Assembly: GCA_964016885.1 (NCBI GenBank)
Contig: OZ024743.1
Span: 279,992,001 to 280,056,000 of the forward strand
Reading direction: 5' to 3'
DNA length: 64,000 bases
Origin: Eledone cirrhosa
Lineage: Eukaryota
Position 1 is the first letter of the stretch; every line of letters begins with the position of its first letter. The notes under the pieces were generated by a model. The model saw only the letters and a list, made by a program, of their open reading frames with translations. It searched no databases and was not told where the DNA came from. Both the position numbers and the translations under genes were made by a program. Positions 27,078-43,860 of the stretch are shown one piece after another.

Positions 27078-27083
27078 AATATG

Positions 27084-27128
<45 letters not shown>

Positions 27129-27174
27129 ATATATATGTATGTATATATATATATATATGTATGTATATATATTT

Positions 27175-27231
<57 letters not shown>

Positions 27232-27246
27232 AATATATATGTATGT

Positions 27247-27331
<85 letters not shown>

Positions 27332-27400
27332 ATAAAGTAAAACTAAAGAGGAAAAAAATATATTTTTCTTCCTCATAATCGTCTCTTTCTCCATGTTTTC

Positions 27401-27443
<43 letters not shown>

Positions 27444-27865
27444 TACAAGTGGGAGCTTAGTAAACTCGAAGCTTTGGCTGTGGGCAAGCAAAGTCGACCT
27501 ACAATAGGAATGAGTTAGCAAAGCAGTCAATCAGGGTAGGTCCTTAGAGTGTTACACACGTGTAAATAGCTTGACAAATTGAACATTGCGGTAGTCAAAA
27601 CCTAACCACACAATACCAAAGTAACGAAAGAACTAATATATATATATAAGAGGAGCGGACGAAGAAAAGTTGAAAACAATAAGAAACATTGCTAAAAGGA
27701 TATGAAAACATGCTCAGTAATTGAAACTATAGAGTAGAAAATATAGAATGGAGTTTAACAATACTCACAAGGAAGTACAGGAAGAAAGACACAAGAATAA
27801 TTAAGAAGTTATATTGATATATATATATATATATTATCTGTTATATTCGTTTGCTATAGTTTGAA

Positions 27866-27921
27866 TACCTGATGATATCACCGGATTCATACTGAACCCG
27901 GTCATTGAAATGATCATAGTA
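27866..27921 (+). ncRNA. Minimal hammerhead ribozyme (same family as 19928)
   Basis: TAC-CTGATGA-TATCACCGG...CCGGTCATT-GAAA-TGATCATA-GTA, followed by the same tail to ~27970 and then (TA)n. Confidence 0.78.
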
Positions 27922-27966
27922 AAATAAACCTTTCAAGGATTTACACTAGTCCAGCCTCCTATTACT

Positions 27967-28018
<52 letters not shown>

Positions 28019-28021
28019 AAT

Positions 28022-28168
<147 letters not shown>

Positions 28169-28179
28169 TGTATATAAAT

Positions 28180-28229
<50 letters not shown>

Positions 28230-28251
28230 ATATATATATATATATACATAC

Positions 28252-28288
<37 letters not shown>

Positions 28289-28479
28289 TACATATATATA
28301 TATGTATATATATATATATACATATATATGTATATATATATATATACATACATATATATATGTATATATATATATATACATACATATATATATATATATA
28401 TGTATGTATATATATACATACATATATATATATGTATATATATATATACATACATACATATATATATGTATATATATAT

Positions 28480-28546
<67 letters not shown>

Positions 28547-28736
28547 TGAATGTATGTGTGTGTTCTGATGGATCATATCAAGGAAATGATAATGAAATTG
28601 GGAGATTATCGGCGATCGATGTAGCTTAAGCCACTAGATTAGAAATGTTGTCGCCTCGAAACGACAACTGGTGAAGATTAAGCATGGAGAATTAAACCTT
28701 ACTCAGACACCAATCTTATTTGGAGTTTTGTTTCTT

Positions 28737-28810
<74 letters not shown>

Positions 28811-28872
28811 TATATATATATGTATGTTGATATGCATTATGTATAAATCATTAGATTGTGGAGTACGTGAGT

Positions 28873-28942
<70 letters not shown>

Positions 28943-28984
28943 GTATATATTTAAATATATATATATGTATATGTATATATTTAA

Positions 28985-29064
<80 letters not shown>

Positions 29065-29068
29065 TTAA

Positions 29069-29099
<31 letters not shown>

Positions 29100-29190
29100 G
29101 TATATATATATGTATTTATATATATATATATTTAAATATATGTACATACATACATACATACATACATACGCATATATATAAGTATGTATA

Positions 29191-29254
<64 letters not shown>

Positions 29255-29789
29255 TTTGTGAGTGTGTGTGATTTTGTGTACAAATATACGTGTATATATA
29301 GTTTTGTTTTTCGTGCGTCTGTTATTTTTTGTGGTTGTTTGTGTGTGTCTTTGTGTATTTGCGTCTTTGTTTACTTGTTTGTTATTGTTGATGTGGCATT
29401 GTCTTCAATATAGTATTAGCTACGCCAACGGTTTGAATGACATCCAGCCATCCCAATCAGGAAACAAACAACAAAAACTAAATCAATTGCAGCTGGCTCG
29501 TTCCACCTTATCGTCTCTCCCACTACCTAGTCCTTACTTTCTTCTAAAGTTAGATACAGACACGAACAACGTATTAGTATGCAAATTCTTTCATGGAAAA
29601 TTAATATAAGCACAAATATACACACACACACACATACATATATATATACACGGGAGTGTATGTTTGCGTATATATATATAGAGGCCACCAGACAGAAACT
29701 TATATATGTATGCATATATATATGTGTGTGTGTGTGTGTGTGTTATGTGTTTGTGCATGTTCACATGTGGATGTATTTTATCCTCAAAA

Positions 29790-30560
29790 CCATCAGCTCC
29801 TAAAACTCATCTAGAAAAGAAAACAAATAAGACTGTGCAATATAGTTTAGACACCGCCCCTAACACCCACACACGGTAATCAATAACTTCTCAAGTATCA
29901 TATCATAGCGATTTGCTAATCTATTTACAAGACAACGTAGGTTTCAATAATCCAGCACACTTATAACAATGCCTTCAAGTTCAGAGGCTTTTATAAATAT
30001 ACATGAAATTCATGAAATAAAACAACAGCACTACAATTTTAAAAAGGTAAAGCAACATTATATAGTACAATCCACCTTTATATTTCTAAATACGTTCTAA
30101 ATTTTCTTAGAAAATATTTTCTTGCATCATGTAAATATAATTCTATCTTCGATAGAATCCCGCCAGTTGTTTCATATTCTACAAAACATTTCTTTGAATA
30201 GGAACAGCAAAAACTGCCCATATAATATTTTAACACTACCGCTCGATCATGCAAATAGAGACTGCCATCAAACTGTCATCTGAATGAAAATTGCGTCCAA
30301 AAAGACTTTATATACTCTGCAAATTTTGCTATAGGATCGTCAGATAGATACTATATTGGACTTGCGTATAATAGGTTCAGCACAACTAAACATTCAGAAC
30401 CATAAGCACAAACTCGTAGACTCTCATCTGTCACCCTACTTGGGCCCTCAAAATCCCTACACTCTGCACTCCTTGAAATGAAACACTCTATAATGGGCAT
30501 TTAAAATGTTTTTTTTCTGTAGATCTCCTGTAAATAGAGATAAATTCCTTTAGCAACCAC
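29790..30560 (+). pseudogene. Decayed Penelope-like element: RT C-terminal region, linker and GIY-YIG
   Basis: Hand translation across stops and frameshifts: HPHTVINNFSSIIS*RF..YNNAFKFRGF, NII*YNPP, RKYF..YNSIFDR...VSYS, NCHLNENCVQKDFIYSA, YYIGLA. Confidence 0.72.
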
Positions 30561-31262
30561 CACCTTCTCAGACATCATCCTAATGTATCAAAACCCATGG
30601 ACCAACCATGCCATTGTAGACAATAACTACTTATTACCACCTTCCAACACAACCCCATCGGAAGCGGTTTTCTTTTTATCCCTGGCCAACATTGTTTACA
30701 AAATATGTTTATATAACCCAACTTTCCCAATACACATTCTGAACTGCAGAAGCCACCCACCTCTTAAATGTAAATTATACCTACTACTGTTAATAGATCT
30801 ATGTTTGTATGCACCCGTAACTTCAGAGGGAGATGTAGGGACTCCGTAATGATATACGGAGTTTCTTGTGTATTTTTTAAGCTGGTTAGTTCACCAAAAC
30901 TCATCAACAAACGCACAACACAGACACACACACACAAACACACGCACACACGTAAACACAGACATATAAACACACACACACATACACACATACACACACG
31001 AACACACGTACATACCTTTTATCACGCTGAATCTAATATATGTCCTATAGGTATCAGATTCATTTAATAATGTCTCACTACCCTTGGATTCCCGCCGATG
31101 TTGAAATTATTAGTTACTCTGAGGATTTGCGACTTCCAATACTGAGAGCAAAGTTTACTCCACAATTGGATTCGGTTGCCTCTCTTTCATTAGAGGTAGA
31201 GGTCCTTAGTACATTCAACCTATTCCTATATATCGATGTGTTTAAGTATGTGTGTGTATATG

Positions 31263-32207
<945 letters not shown>

Positions 32208-32221
32208 GTATATATACATGA

Positions 32222-32255
<34 letters not shown>

Positions 32256-32269
32256 GTATATATACATGA

Positions 32270-32384
<115 letters not shown>

Positions 32385-32454
32385 TATTACTCACACATAT
32401 ATATATATCTACACATATATATATATATATATATATATCCACACCCACACACAC

Positions 32455-32537
<83 letters not shown>

Positions 32538-33598
32538 TGTGTATGTGTGTGAGTGTGTGTGTGTGTGCGTGCTTATATATATATATATATATACATATAT
32601 ATTATTCATGTAAGCACCCGTGTATAATATATACATCATCAAAGAGACCTATCCATTATCATTTAAAATTCCCTCTTCTCTTATATCTTCTTTAAATACT
32701 TTATTTTCATCACAAGATAGCACATGTTTGAATGTTTGTACTTAAACTGTACTTGAGTGTACCTGTGACGTAATGTTACTGTCGACGCTTGACTTACTTG
32801 GCATAGCAGCTAAATTCCCTTAGTTCATGCTATATTATCTCAAAATATATTCAGTGGACCAATGGTCCTAGATATAAAACAACAGAGTGATTATTTTTGT
32901 TTATAGATCTTCTCCGTCATTTTTCACGTTGAATATTAACGTGCAAGTGACTGAGTATTCCTATGACACATGTACACATAACACAATTCTCAATGAGATT
33001 CGGCATATCACAGTGTATAATAAGGCTTGCGCTTTGAATTTCAGTTACAATTCATTTTTCCTACTGATTGGCCTGGGGGAACGTTGAATAAAGTGTCTCG
33101 CTCAAAAATACATCAATATTAACCTGACCTAAACAACAACGACAACTGCTAGCCTTCTCATTTTTGTATATAATCCCACGCTTTCCACAAACACAATTTC
33201 CAACAATCCCCTAAAGAAGCGTCCAAAAATGCTGACCTCTAAATGGCGGCTTGACATGATAAAAGTTACAACTAAACCTCTACAGGTATGTATACCTCCT
33301 ATCAGGTATATACAATATCTATACAGCTATATGTATGACGTACACATATGCAACGGCTGCACATCTCTATATACATCTACATACCTAGATAGAAAACATA
33401 GACAGCTATACACAAGACCTGTAAAGTTATATACCAAACCTCCAAAGCCATACTTCATATTTAAACAGCTATATAGCATATTTATAAAGCTATTTACGGA
33501 ATATACATACACATACATAGCTATAAACAAGATCTCCCTAGATATATACAATAGCTAAAAAGCTTTATGCAAAATCCTCAAAGATATATACAATATAT

Positions 33599-34047
33599 AA
33601 CTAGACCTGAAAAATGCGCCAGCTCAAAAGAGCCACAGAATGTTATAATAAACCTTCAAAAGTGTGGGACTAGAGTTGTTGCTCAAAAATATTGTAATCA
33701 TTATCTATCGTACACTCTGTGGCATCCTTTTATAAAAAAAGAGACTCATAACGAACTCAAAATGACACGATAATTATTTAATCTAATGCTCAATATCTCA
33801 TATTAGATGTTTAGTAATGATTATTACGAAATGCACTTAAACCGAATTCTATATTATAAATTCACTTAAATAATTATCGTGTCGTCTTGAATTCGTTAAG
33901 AGTCTCTTTTTTATAAAAGGATGCCACAGAGTGTACGATAGATAATGATTAAGATATTTTTGAGCAACAACTCTAGTCCCACACTTTTGAAAGTTTATTA
34001 TAACATTATGTGGCTCTTTTGAGCTTGCGCATTTTTCAGGTCTAGTT
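33599..34047. mobile_element. MITE/foldback with ~180-bp terminal inverted repeats
   Basis: AACTAGACCTGAAAAATGCGC...GACACGATAATTATTTAA (33599-33781) is inverse to TTAAATAATTATCGTGTC...GCGCATTTTTCAGGTCTAGTT (33866-34047). ~85-bp spacer; no clear TSD. Confidence 0.8.
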
Positions 34048-36949
34048 TAATATTTTTTTAAGGCAGCGCTTGATATATATTACATGATATATATTGATAA
34101 TAAATTATCGTTGTAATGTAATTAGATTATATAATTGTTATTTTAGAAATGATCTTATAAATATTATTGTAAGATGTAAAAAAATATTTTCAGACTTTTA
34201 ATATAAACAACTACAAAACACAATCAATATTAAATAAATAAATGTTACATAATAATTGTTATAGTTGAATTAATAAAAATTAAATATTACATACAAATAG
34301 TCTAACATAATAATTTAAAAAATAATCTAACATAATAATAATAAAATAATCTAACAGAATAATAATAAAATAATCTAACATAAAACGAACAATAATATGG
34401 ACAAATATACAAGTAAATATGATACAACCAATATTATAAGCATGTTATAACGAACTGAAAAAATAGCTAATATAAATTTTAAAAATCATATATAAATTAA
34501 CAATATAACTTACCAAAACGAGAAAAATATTTTGATGATAAATAACGAACTACAGGAAGAAGATTCGAAAGCGAAACGATAAATAAACGTGCTAACAAAG
34601 TGGCGGATGCTTTTGAGCAACAATTACTCTCGTTGGTTGATTCGCCAATAAGACGATGAAATTAGCCAATAAGACGATACATTACAAAACATGTTATGCA
34701 TCGATCATTACCACGGCCAGCACTCACCCCTTGAATTTTTTATTCACAAGCTACGCATATATGTCAGACATGTAGAATTAAAACGTTCTGTTGTTAGTCA
34801 CTGCGTGTCTAACAGATGATTTTAGCAAGGTTTGTAGAAGGCTTTGACTAGCTTCAAAACAGACAAGGAATTTTTCTTCAATCTCGGAAATATTACTTCT
34901 TTCACAGTTAGAAAGTGCAGGAAACCTTAAATTTCTCATTCTTGACAAATAAACACATCGAACTCTTCTCTGAAATAGTCACCATAATCACGGGTATAGC
35001 TATCATCATCGGCATCATCATGGCGACAATTAGCATCATCATCACCACTACCGTAACAATTTCCATCCTGATCAAAATCACCAACACCACCACTACCATT
35101 ACCATCATCAGAAGCGTCACTACTACCACCAAATGCCACCATCATCAACACCACCAGCTCTACCTCTACTATCCTTATCATTATAACCACTATCACGACT
35201 ATCATCACAACCATTGCCACAAATACTATCACCTTTACTGCCATCTGCGTTAAGACATTGGTGGTGATATCTGATGGAGAGTGGACTGCTATTTCTACCA
35301 CGTTGTTGAACTCTCGTTTATTCGTCTCTGCGTATTTGTCATTGTTAAAATGTTAGTTATTTGATAATGAATGTATCTAATTAAACTCTAATTAATCTGA
35401 CTTCTGACTTATAGTATCGATCTAATCCGATGATTTGTGATAACGAATGAACCTGGCCACCACCACTACTACCAATACCACCACAACGAACACCACCAAC
35501 GCCACTACCACCACTACAAATACCACCGTCTCCTACAAAACTATAGTTATGTAGTAAAGTAAAGAATCATTTAACTATTTGTAGCCAGCGCAGTAAAGTG
35601 GAGGGTGAGCTCACGGCGACATCACGTGATGCGATTTACATTCCCGGTTGATTCCATTTCCCTTCATTTACTTTACTAAAGCCGTATGAGATCATAATTT
35701 CTATCAACAACACCGCCAGCACAATCATGTAGAACTTTATCACCACCATAATCATCATCGCTCCCCACCAATATCATCATCATTATCAACAGCATTATCA
35801 TCATCAGCAGCAACATTACTATCCTCATTATCATCATCATTATCATCATCCCCAACACCATCACAACCACCACAACTATCCTCATTATCAGTATTACCAC
35901 CATCACTACTATCATCATCATTATTATCTCTATCCTTTATTATGACAACCTCTATTATTATCATGTTCCCTACAACCACAATTGCTGTCATCATCATCAT
36001 CAACACTAGCTGTACTACTATCACCCTTATCATCACTTCCACTCCTAATATTCCACTTCTTATCAACAACATCATAATCATCAGTAGCAGCAGCAAGAGC
36101 AGCAGAAGCACCACTACCTTCATCATCATCACCAACATTACTATCATAGCCAACGAGGAACTGCTGAAAGATTGCACGATCTAAAATGAGAGGAAAGGAG
36201 TATTGTGTTGATTTTATGGAACACTTGAATGGTTTAACGTTTGGTAGAAACCAAACAAGTAGATGTGAACAGCTCAAGTGTAGCTAAGGGATGTAAATTG
36301 CTTTTCTCAACTAATCCTACACTAAAAAGTACCCTGACCATTGAATTCTCAAATTGTTTATATTGCAACGCGAGCTTTTAAGCAGATGACCAAAATCATC
36401 TGCAGCGACACCTAGGCCATACACTCTCTCATACATCTAACACCAATCGATAGAACACAAATTGTGCCACAAATCGACCAGCGTTTCTTCCAGCTTTATT
36501 TTAGAAATTATATAGAAGCCTCATTCCTATTTATCAATGCATAGGAGTGTTATTTTCCTCCTTGACAGTTTTTGGACGTATTCTTCGAGAAAGATGACCT
36601 CGTAACACACCTGTCCCATATTCTTTTCCACATATATCGATATTCTTTCATTTGATAGAATGTCTGTATTGCATACTTGTTGAATGCATTTATTTTCTTG
36701 TTGCCCATATATTTTTCCGAATTTTGTGTTGTTATTTCAAAATTTATAACGAAATTCTTGGGCTACATGTGTTGTAAAGAATAAATATCTAGAATGTAAA
36801 CGATACTTTTACCCAGATGATGGGTTATGCAACAAAAGTTACAGAAGTCCATTGATTGCAAAATAAAACATTAAATAACCGTAGCTAGATCAAACCTTTT
36901 GCGTAGCTGTCTCATAAGCCCTCTATACACTCGTCACGCAATATAATAT

Positions 36950-37145
36950 AGGCACAAGGCCAAAGGTTTGGGGGTCAGAAATAAATCGATTAAGTTCATT
37001 CCAGTACGTGAAAGGGACTATATTTTATCGACCCAGTAAAGATGAAAAACAAAGTTGTCGTCGACAGATTTGAGCTCAGAACGAAAGGAACCAGAACATA
37101 TACCGCAAATCATTTTGCCAAACGCTCTAACGATTCTGCCAACCT
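36950..37145 (-). mobile_element. SINE copy
   Basis: TATTTTATCGACCCAGTAAAGATGAAA...GATTTGAGCTCAGAACG is the reverse complement of the SINE core. Confidence 0.75.
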
Positions 37146-37348
37146 CATTATTATTGAGGGTGTTGATGAAAACTACCTGTATATATGATATCTCATTTAA
37201 AACATTCTAAATTCTTTTCGGGTCAGGAAACAATAAATTAGTGCTCTAAGGTTTGTTACATAACATCATATTACTAATAGCCAATTACATGAATTAGTTA
37301 ACAGAGGCATACATAAATTCTAATACTCGTACACACACAGACACATAT

Positions 37349-38170
<822 letters not shown>

Positions 38171-39589
38171 TATTATTTTTAGTCGAACAAAGGGGGGAGG
38201 GGTGTTAATATTCTTGTTATTAGTGTTGTTCTTGTAATGTTTTCTTCTCTTCGTAGATATTGTTATTACTGTTGTAACTATCACCAGGAAGTTCTAATGC
38301 CGGTGGGCAGGTTGCGGCAGTTAGGAGCTGAGAGACGGCTAATTCGGTGCCAATTACATAATGTACTGCCTGTTGGTGCGATTGTGGGGAATGTAAGCAT
38401 GTCAGACTCACTCAAAATGAGACGTGAAGACAGCGTGTCTCAGGAGAGCATGCATTACCCAGCAGCCTCTCTCAGAGCCTAGGGGACAACAGGGACCCAG
38501 TCAACTAATTATTTTTTGTCAACAAACATGAAAACATACACATACACAAATACGTCTCACTCCCTGTTTCTCTATTCTCTTTTTGTCCCTTCTCTCTCTT
38601 TCTTTCCTATTCTCTTTGTCTTTTCTCTCTCTTTCTCTTTCTCTCTCTCTCTCTCTTTCTCTTTCTCTCTTTCTCTTCGTGTCCAGCTCTCTTTATTACA
38701 CTCACAGATATTCAAAAATATATGCATTCACATTAAGACTAACACAAACAAAAACACCCTTTGCCGTTTGCGTTTGTGTTGTGTTTAAAACGATTTTAAA
38801 ACACACGTGCACTTACAATTTCATTTAGAAACATTTCAACACGATATAAGAATTCTTGTGACATTTCTGAACTTTTGAAAGCTGGAAGCGAAAAAGCAAT
38901 GCTTAGCTCACGGATATGAATAACAAAATTCACCTACAATTTACAAGAGGAATTTGAAGATTTGTTTTTCTATGTATCTTTTGTTATTTACTTTGCTATT
39001 TATTATTTTTGTTTTCAGTCTGGTGAAAAATAGGATCGAATGGCAACTCGTTTAAACTAAAACGTGGAATGCAAAGATCAGTTCATCAGAATGTGTAGGA
39101 ATTTTGTAGATGGAAGCATCGTGGTATGTGAAGAATTGTTATTGCAAATAAGCAAACTGAATTATGCTTTATATCTGTATCAATCAACTGAAAATCTCAC
39201 GATAGGGCGTTTGTTAAATATGCACGACCTTGTCAGATTTCTTTCTTTTGAACAATGTTAGAAAATACAGATTTTTTTAAAGCGTTTATAGTCGTAGCTA
39301 TGAAGCGATAATGTTATATATAACTGTGGAATAAGAAATGACTTTGGGATCTTAAAATATTTCTTGTTTGTTTATTTGCTTATTCGTTGACGGCGAAATA
39401 TATCAGGACTTCCTTTTTTAACAGCAGTACCCATGACTATTTTCAGGGCATCCGAGACGCACAAGAAAGAGGGTTGCAGAGATTCTCAAAATGGAGTCTT
39501 GACCCGAATGTTTGCATCAGCATGGGCTCCGTTAAAGTCACCTAAGGATCACATAGTAGTGTAAAACCAGGCGGTTGAAGAAACCCACA

Positions 39590-39800
39590 GTGGGATTTGA
39601 ATTGAATATGCACAGAACCGGAGCAAATGCCATAAAGCATCACGTCAAAGCTCTAACAATTCCGCCAATCTATCACTCCCAACAGGTACTGTATATTATC
39701 ATCCCCACATGTCGAACAAAGTTAACTCAGAGAACAGAGAGCTGAAACAAATACCGCAAGGCATTTTGTCGAATGTTCTACCGTTTTTGCCAATTCACAA
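39590..39800 (-). mobile_element. Two diverged SINE 5' fragments
   Basis: GGGATTTGAA...CAGAACCGGAGCAAATGCC.TAAAGCAT...CTCTAACAATTCCGCCAAT and AACTCAGAGAAC...AAATACCGCAAGGCATTTTGTC. Confidence 0.55.
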
Positions 39801-40071
39801 CGTGGTTAACTCAACCGTTCAATAAATAAAGTTCAATAATATGAACCCCAGACTAAATTTTAGGGTCGATAGAATAGACTAAAGCCTTTGAAAGTGATGT
39901 CCTCAATACTGCCGCAATACAATGACTGAAAGCCAGTTACAGAATAAAAGACAAAAACAATAATATCCAGACGAGCCGGATGATCAAAGAATAGCAAGTG
40001 TAAAGTTTTCTGTTTGGTAAATCAATTTCTCTATCAATCTCTATCTGTCTTTCTGTCTTTCTTTCTTTCGG

Positions 40072-40166
<95 letters not shown>

Positions 40167-41059
40167 ATCTATCTATCTATCTATCTCTTTAATTCTCTGC
40201 ATCTCACTCTCTACCCTGTATCTATCATTTCTCTGAGTCGCCATATAATTTCAATTTGTCATGACAAAGTTATATGTAGAACTACCACTGCCTCTAGCAT
40301 CACTATTACAACTGTTACATACATATTCCAACACCAATATAACAACAGCTATATACATACACTAATACCATTTCCAATTGGTAAAAGTGTTTGGGTGTTG
40401 CATTTAAATGTTATTTGTTCCGGCTCTCTCCATTCTGAGTTCAAATCCTATCATGGCCAACTTCATCCAGGGGTAGTGAACTGACGAAATTTTTGAAGAG
40501 TTAAACAGGATACTTTTCAGCATGTTTCAGCTCTGTGCCTTCTAAGTTCAAATTCCATTCGTTCTCGCTGGAAAAAATATAAGAGTTGCGACTGACAGTA
40601 TCAACAAATGAAATATTGTTTCCATAGTCTGATCTAATGATCGGCTTCTTTCCTTTTTCATAATACCAACAGTGCTGTACTAAAACACAACATACATGTC
40701 CAATGTCAGCTCCACTAAAACAACTACCAACTATCCTACTAAACACACCAACCTCACTCTCTACTACTAGCAATACAACTAATAACACTACCACTACCAA
40801 CAAAACCACCATACCGCCCAATGTATCCGAAGTTCTTTTTATTTAAATGGCGTTTTCATGAACGAAGGATCCACCGTCAGTTTCGACGATAATAATTCAG
40901 TTGTTTCAACAACTGAAAGTCTGACTCGTGGATTAACATGTAAGGAGTTCAATATTCTAAAGTCACGTTTACGGTTAGGTTAGGGTAATTCTAACACTGA
41001 ATCAGCTTGATGCAATGATATTTGACAATAATGCACCTTAGAGTTGCAGTTACAATCCA

Positions 41060-41225
41060 TTCGAGTGGCTTCTACGCAGTTTCCATCATCCCAATTTCCT
41101 CAGAAGTCTGGTATTTATTCGAAGCAATCATAAAGCCATTTACCTAACATGTTATGCTGTGGGATCGAACACGAGATCTCATAGTTATGAGACAAACTTC
41201 CTAACGCTACAACCATGTCTGCTTC
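41060..41225 (-). mobile_element. Second tRNA-derived SINE family copy
   Basis: Reverse complement begins CATGGTTGTAGCGTTAGG (A-box-like) and contains GTGTTCGATCCCAC (B-box-like). Confidence 0.55.
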
Positions 41226-41947
41226 TGACATAGTCTCATAGCGAATACTCCAATCGCATAATATGTTACTCAATATGTATTTATGGGTATGGGTCTGTGT
41301 GAGAGTGTATGTATATATATATGTATGCATGCATATATGCATATATGCACGCATGTTAGCATTTATTTATATATGTATATATGTATGAATTTATGCATGT
41401 ATGCATGTATGTAAGTATTTATGTATGTATGTAAGCATGCATGTATTGTGTCTCTGTGTGTATATGTAATACGTTGTTAAATTAAGTAAATTCATATCTA
41501 AAATATAGCCAAAACAAAAATTAAAAAACTACATGTCCTGCGAAAAATTGTGTTGGGTGACATTTTAACATTCATCTACATTTCTGTGCAAGGTATGTTT
41601 ATACAGTTCATGAAACCATTTGTTGGAAAGGAATTATCTGGTGTACGAATCGTAATACAGTTTAGCTTTGTTACAATTATCTATATCTATTTATCTATAT
41701 CTATTTATCTATCTCCATATATTTTATAACAATAAGATCTCAACACAAATGCATGTGACCTAAAGTTTCAAACTTCAACCAGCATAGGACATAAACAGTC
41801 TATTTCTGCTGAAGTAGTTGTCTTCAGGCAAAACCAAGATGGCTGAACGTTCTGTCATATATGAGATCTCATCAGATATACAGGAGGTAATAATGTGATA
41901 ATACATTTTGTACTTTTGCTGTACAAAGTAAGCAATAACTGCCATTT

Positions 41948-42011
<64 letters not shown>

Positions 42012-42127
42012 GTTTACAAAAACACACACATACACACACAGACAGACAGGCATATATATGCGCGTGTGTATGTGTGTGTGCCTGTAAAAAGTAAACAGAA
42101 ATAACAAAACAATCAGTACAGTAGATG

Positions 42128-42167
<40 letters not shown>

Positions 42168-42267
42168 TTGAGTATTGAAGTTTCCGTTGAAAATTTAAAA
42201 AGTCATAGGAATGAATTGTTTATTATATATTATATATATATATATATATAAAGAAAAAAAATATATA

Positions 42268-42572
42268 TATATAAAGAAAAAAAGATGGAATCGAAAATGC
42301 AACTGGAGTCTTATTTAAAAAAAAATATATATATTTATTTGGTTCCTTTACCGGTTTCGCAGTTCTTTGCTTTTCAAAAGTAGAGTTGAGATGGAGGGTC
42401 TGTGGTTTTTCTTACATCACCAGATGTGAGAAAAACCACAGACCCTCCATCTCAACTCTACTTTTGAAAAGCAGAATAACTGCGAAACTGGTAAAGTAAC
42501 GAAATAAATATATATATATATTTTTAAATAAGACTCCAGTTGCATTTTCGATTTCATCTTTTTTTCTTTATA
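42268..42572. mobile_element. ~300-bp foldback carrying two opposed hammerheads
   Basis: Near-perfect inversion about 42419-42422; HHRs at 42344-42382(-) and 42459-42498(+). Confidence 0.88.
42459..42498 (+). ncRNA. Minimal hammerhead ribozyme, U3:A8 variant
   Basis: TACTT-TTGAAAA-GCAG(AATAA)CTGC-GAAAC-TG-GTA-AAGTA with a perfect 5-bp stem I. The inverted partner has GAAAC-CG-GTA (palindromic ACCGGT). Confidence 0.78.
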
Positions 42573-43393
42573 CTTTCACTCGTGTAGGACACCTCGGTTA
42601 TTTTTCATTTTGTAAAAAAAAAACCCACTTTCTAATATATATATATATTAAAAAACTACATTACCCACTCTACTACCCTAAGTATTGAGTACTTTGGTGC
42701 GTTATGGTCCACCTGGTTCCTTACCACATTTCCTTCGTTATATATATATATATATATATACTTAATACATTAACAGAGAAAGCTAATAGCGATACTCCGA
42801 TCAACTCCCATCTCACTCAACAAACATTAGGATATACTTAAGTATATTCCCAATTATACGTTTGGGGTGCTAACTATATTGTATTATGTGGAAAGTCGGC
42901 TGTATTATTTTATATGAGACATAATTAAATAAATCTCACTTTCCATACGATCGTTTTGTTATAAGATTTCTGCAAGATGGGAGAAATAAGTCCAAGTTAT
43001 GTAGAAGCCTGCATATAATCAACAGATTTATTTGCAGATTGGCCCTTATAACTCATCATTGGAATGCCCAGGCAATAGCAATATAAAAAATTACATTGAT
43101 ATTAACATTCAGCGATATTCACCGTCAGTGCTCGAAGAACCGCTAAGTTTAAAAGTCCAGCAGTCCTTCAAAAAAAATTCTCACACTGTCCCCAAATGGG
43201 AACGGGAGGTTATCGTAAAATATAAAATAATATACACGCAGGTCATTGAACCCTGTTAGGAATCCAAACCACGTGTTGAGAACTCAACTGGATAATAAAA
43301 AAAAAAATATATGTACGTATTACTTAGGTATACATATAAATATTTTCTCAGGCAAAATAACGGACATAAGATACAGGAAGAATCGATCAAATA

Positions 43394-43700
43394 TAGTAAT
43401 AATAATAAATTTGAACACTAAAATCCAAAGAGGGCTCGATAAGGATAAATATATATCAGATATATAAGAACCGTAGAGCAAATATTTATTAAAATAGCAG
43501 ATTAAAGTTTAAGCAAATAATCGCTGCTTTCACACTTAACGGGATCTTCTGAAACTAAAAAGGTCAATCTGTGAACGCAGAAGTAAATATTTCAAAAAAC
43601 GTTGCAACCGAAGGAAGACAGGTAGACGATACTTTGGTTCGTGGAAACGTTCCCTGGCAAAGAACGGGAAAAAAAGAAGATAATACGTAATAATTTGGTA
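43394..43700 (-). repeat. Dispersed repeat family (other pieces at 45010-45478, 45522-45675, 51490-51912, 52153-52245)
   Basis: Shared blocks AAATCCAAAGAGGGCTCGATAAGGATAAAT and CTGCGTTCACAGATTGA...GTGAAAGCA.CGATT...GCTTAAACTTTAATCTG. Confidence 0.85.
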
Positions 43701-43710
43701 TATGTTATAT

Positions 43711-43860
43711 CCTTTGGGAGCCCCTACATGGACACACTAGAAGAGGAAGACCAAGGTTAACATATGTTGATGCCCTAAGGACAGCGATAATGAGGGACAG
43801 AGACCGCTGGAGAGAACTCGTCCATGGATCTCGGGAATTTTACCCGCCTTAGATAGATAG
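43711..43860 (+). mobile_element. Extremely 5'-truncated RTE-type LINE with TSD
   Basis: Translates LWEPLHGHTRRGRPRLTYVDAL...MRDRDRWRELV (RTE-type C-terminus); (TAGA)n tail; ATGTTATAT duplicated at 43702-43710 and 43861-43869. Confidence 0.85.

Noticed and set aside
28562-28670. GTT-CTGATGG...GAAAC-GAC-AAC hammerhead candidate
   Set aside because: Two core mismatches, an unconvincing stem II, and a competing local hairpin GTTGTCG/CGACAAC.
40973-40987. Telomere-like TTAGG/TTAGGG
   Set aside because: Only two imperfect units.
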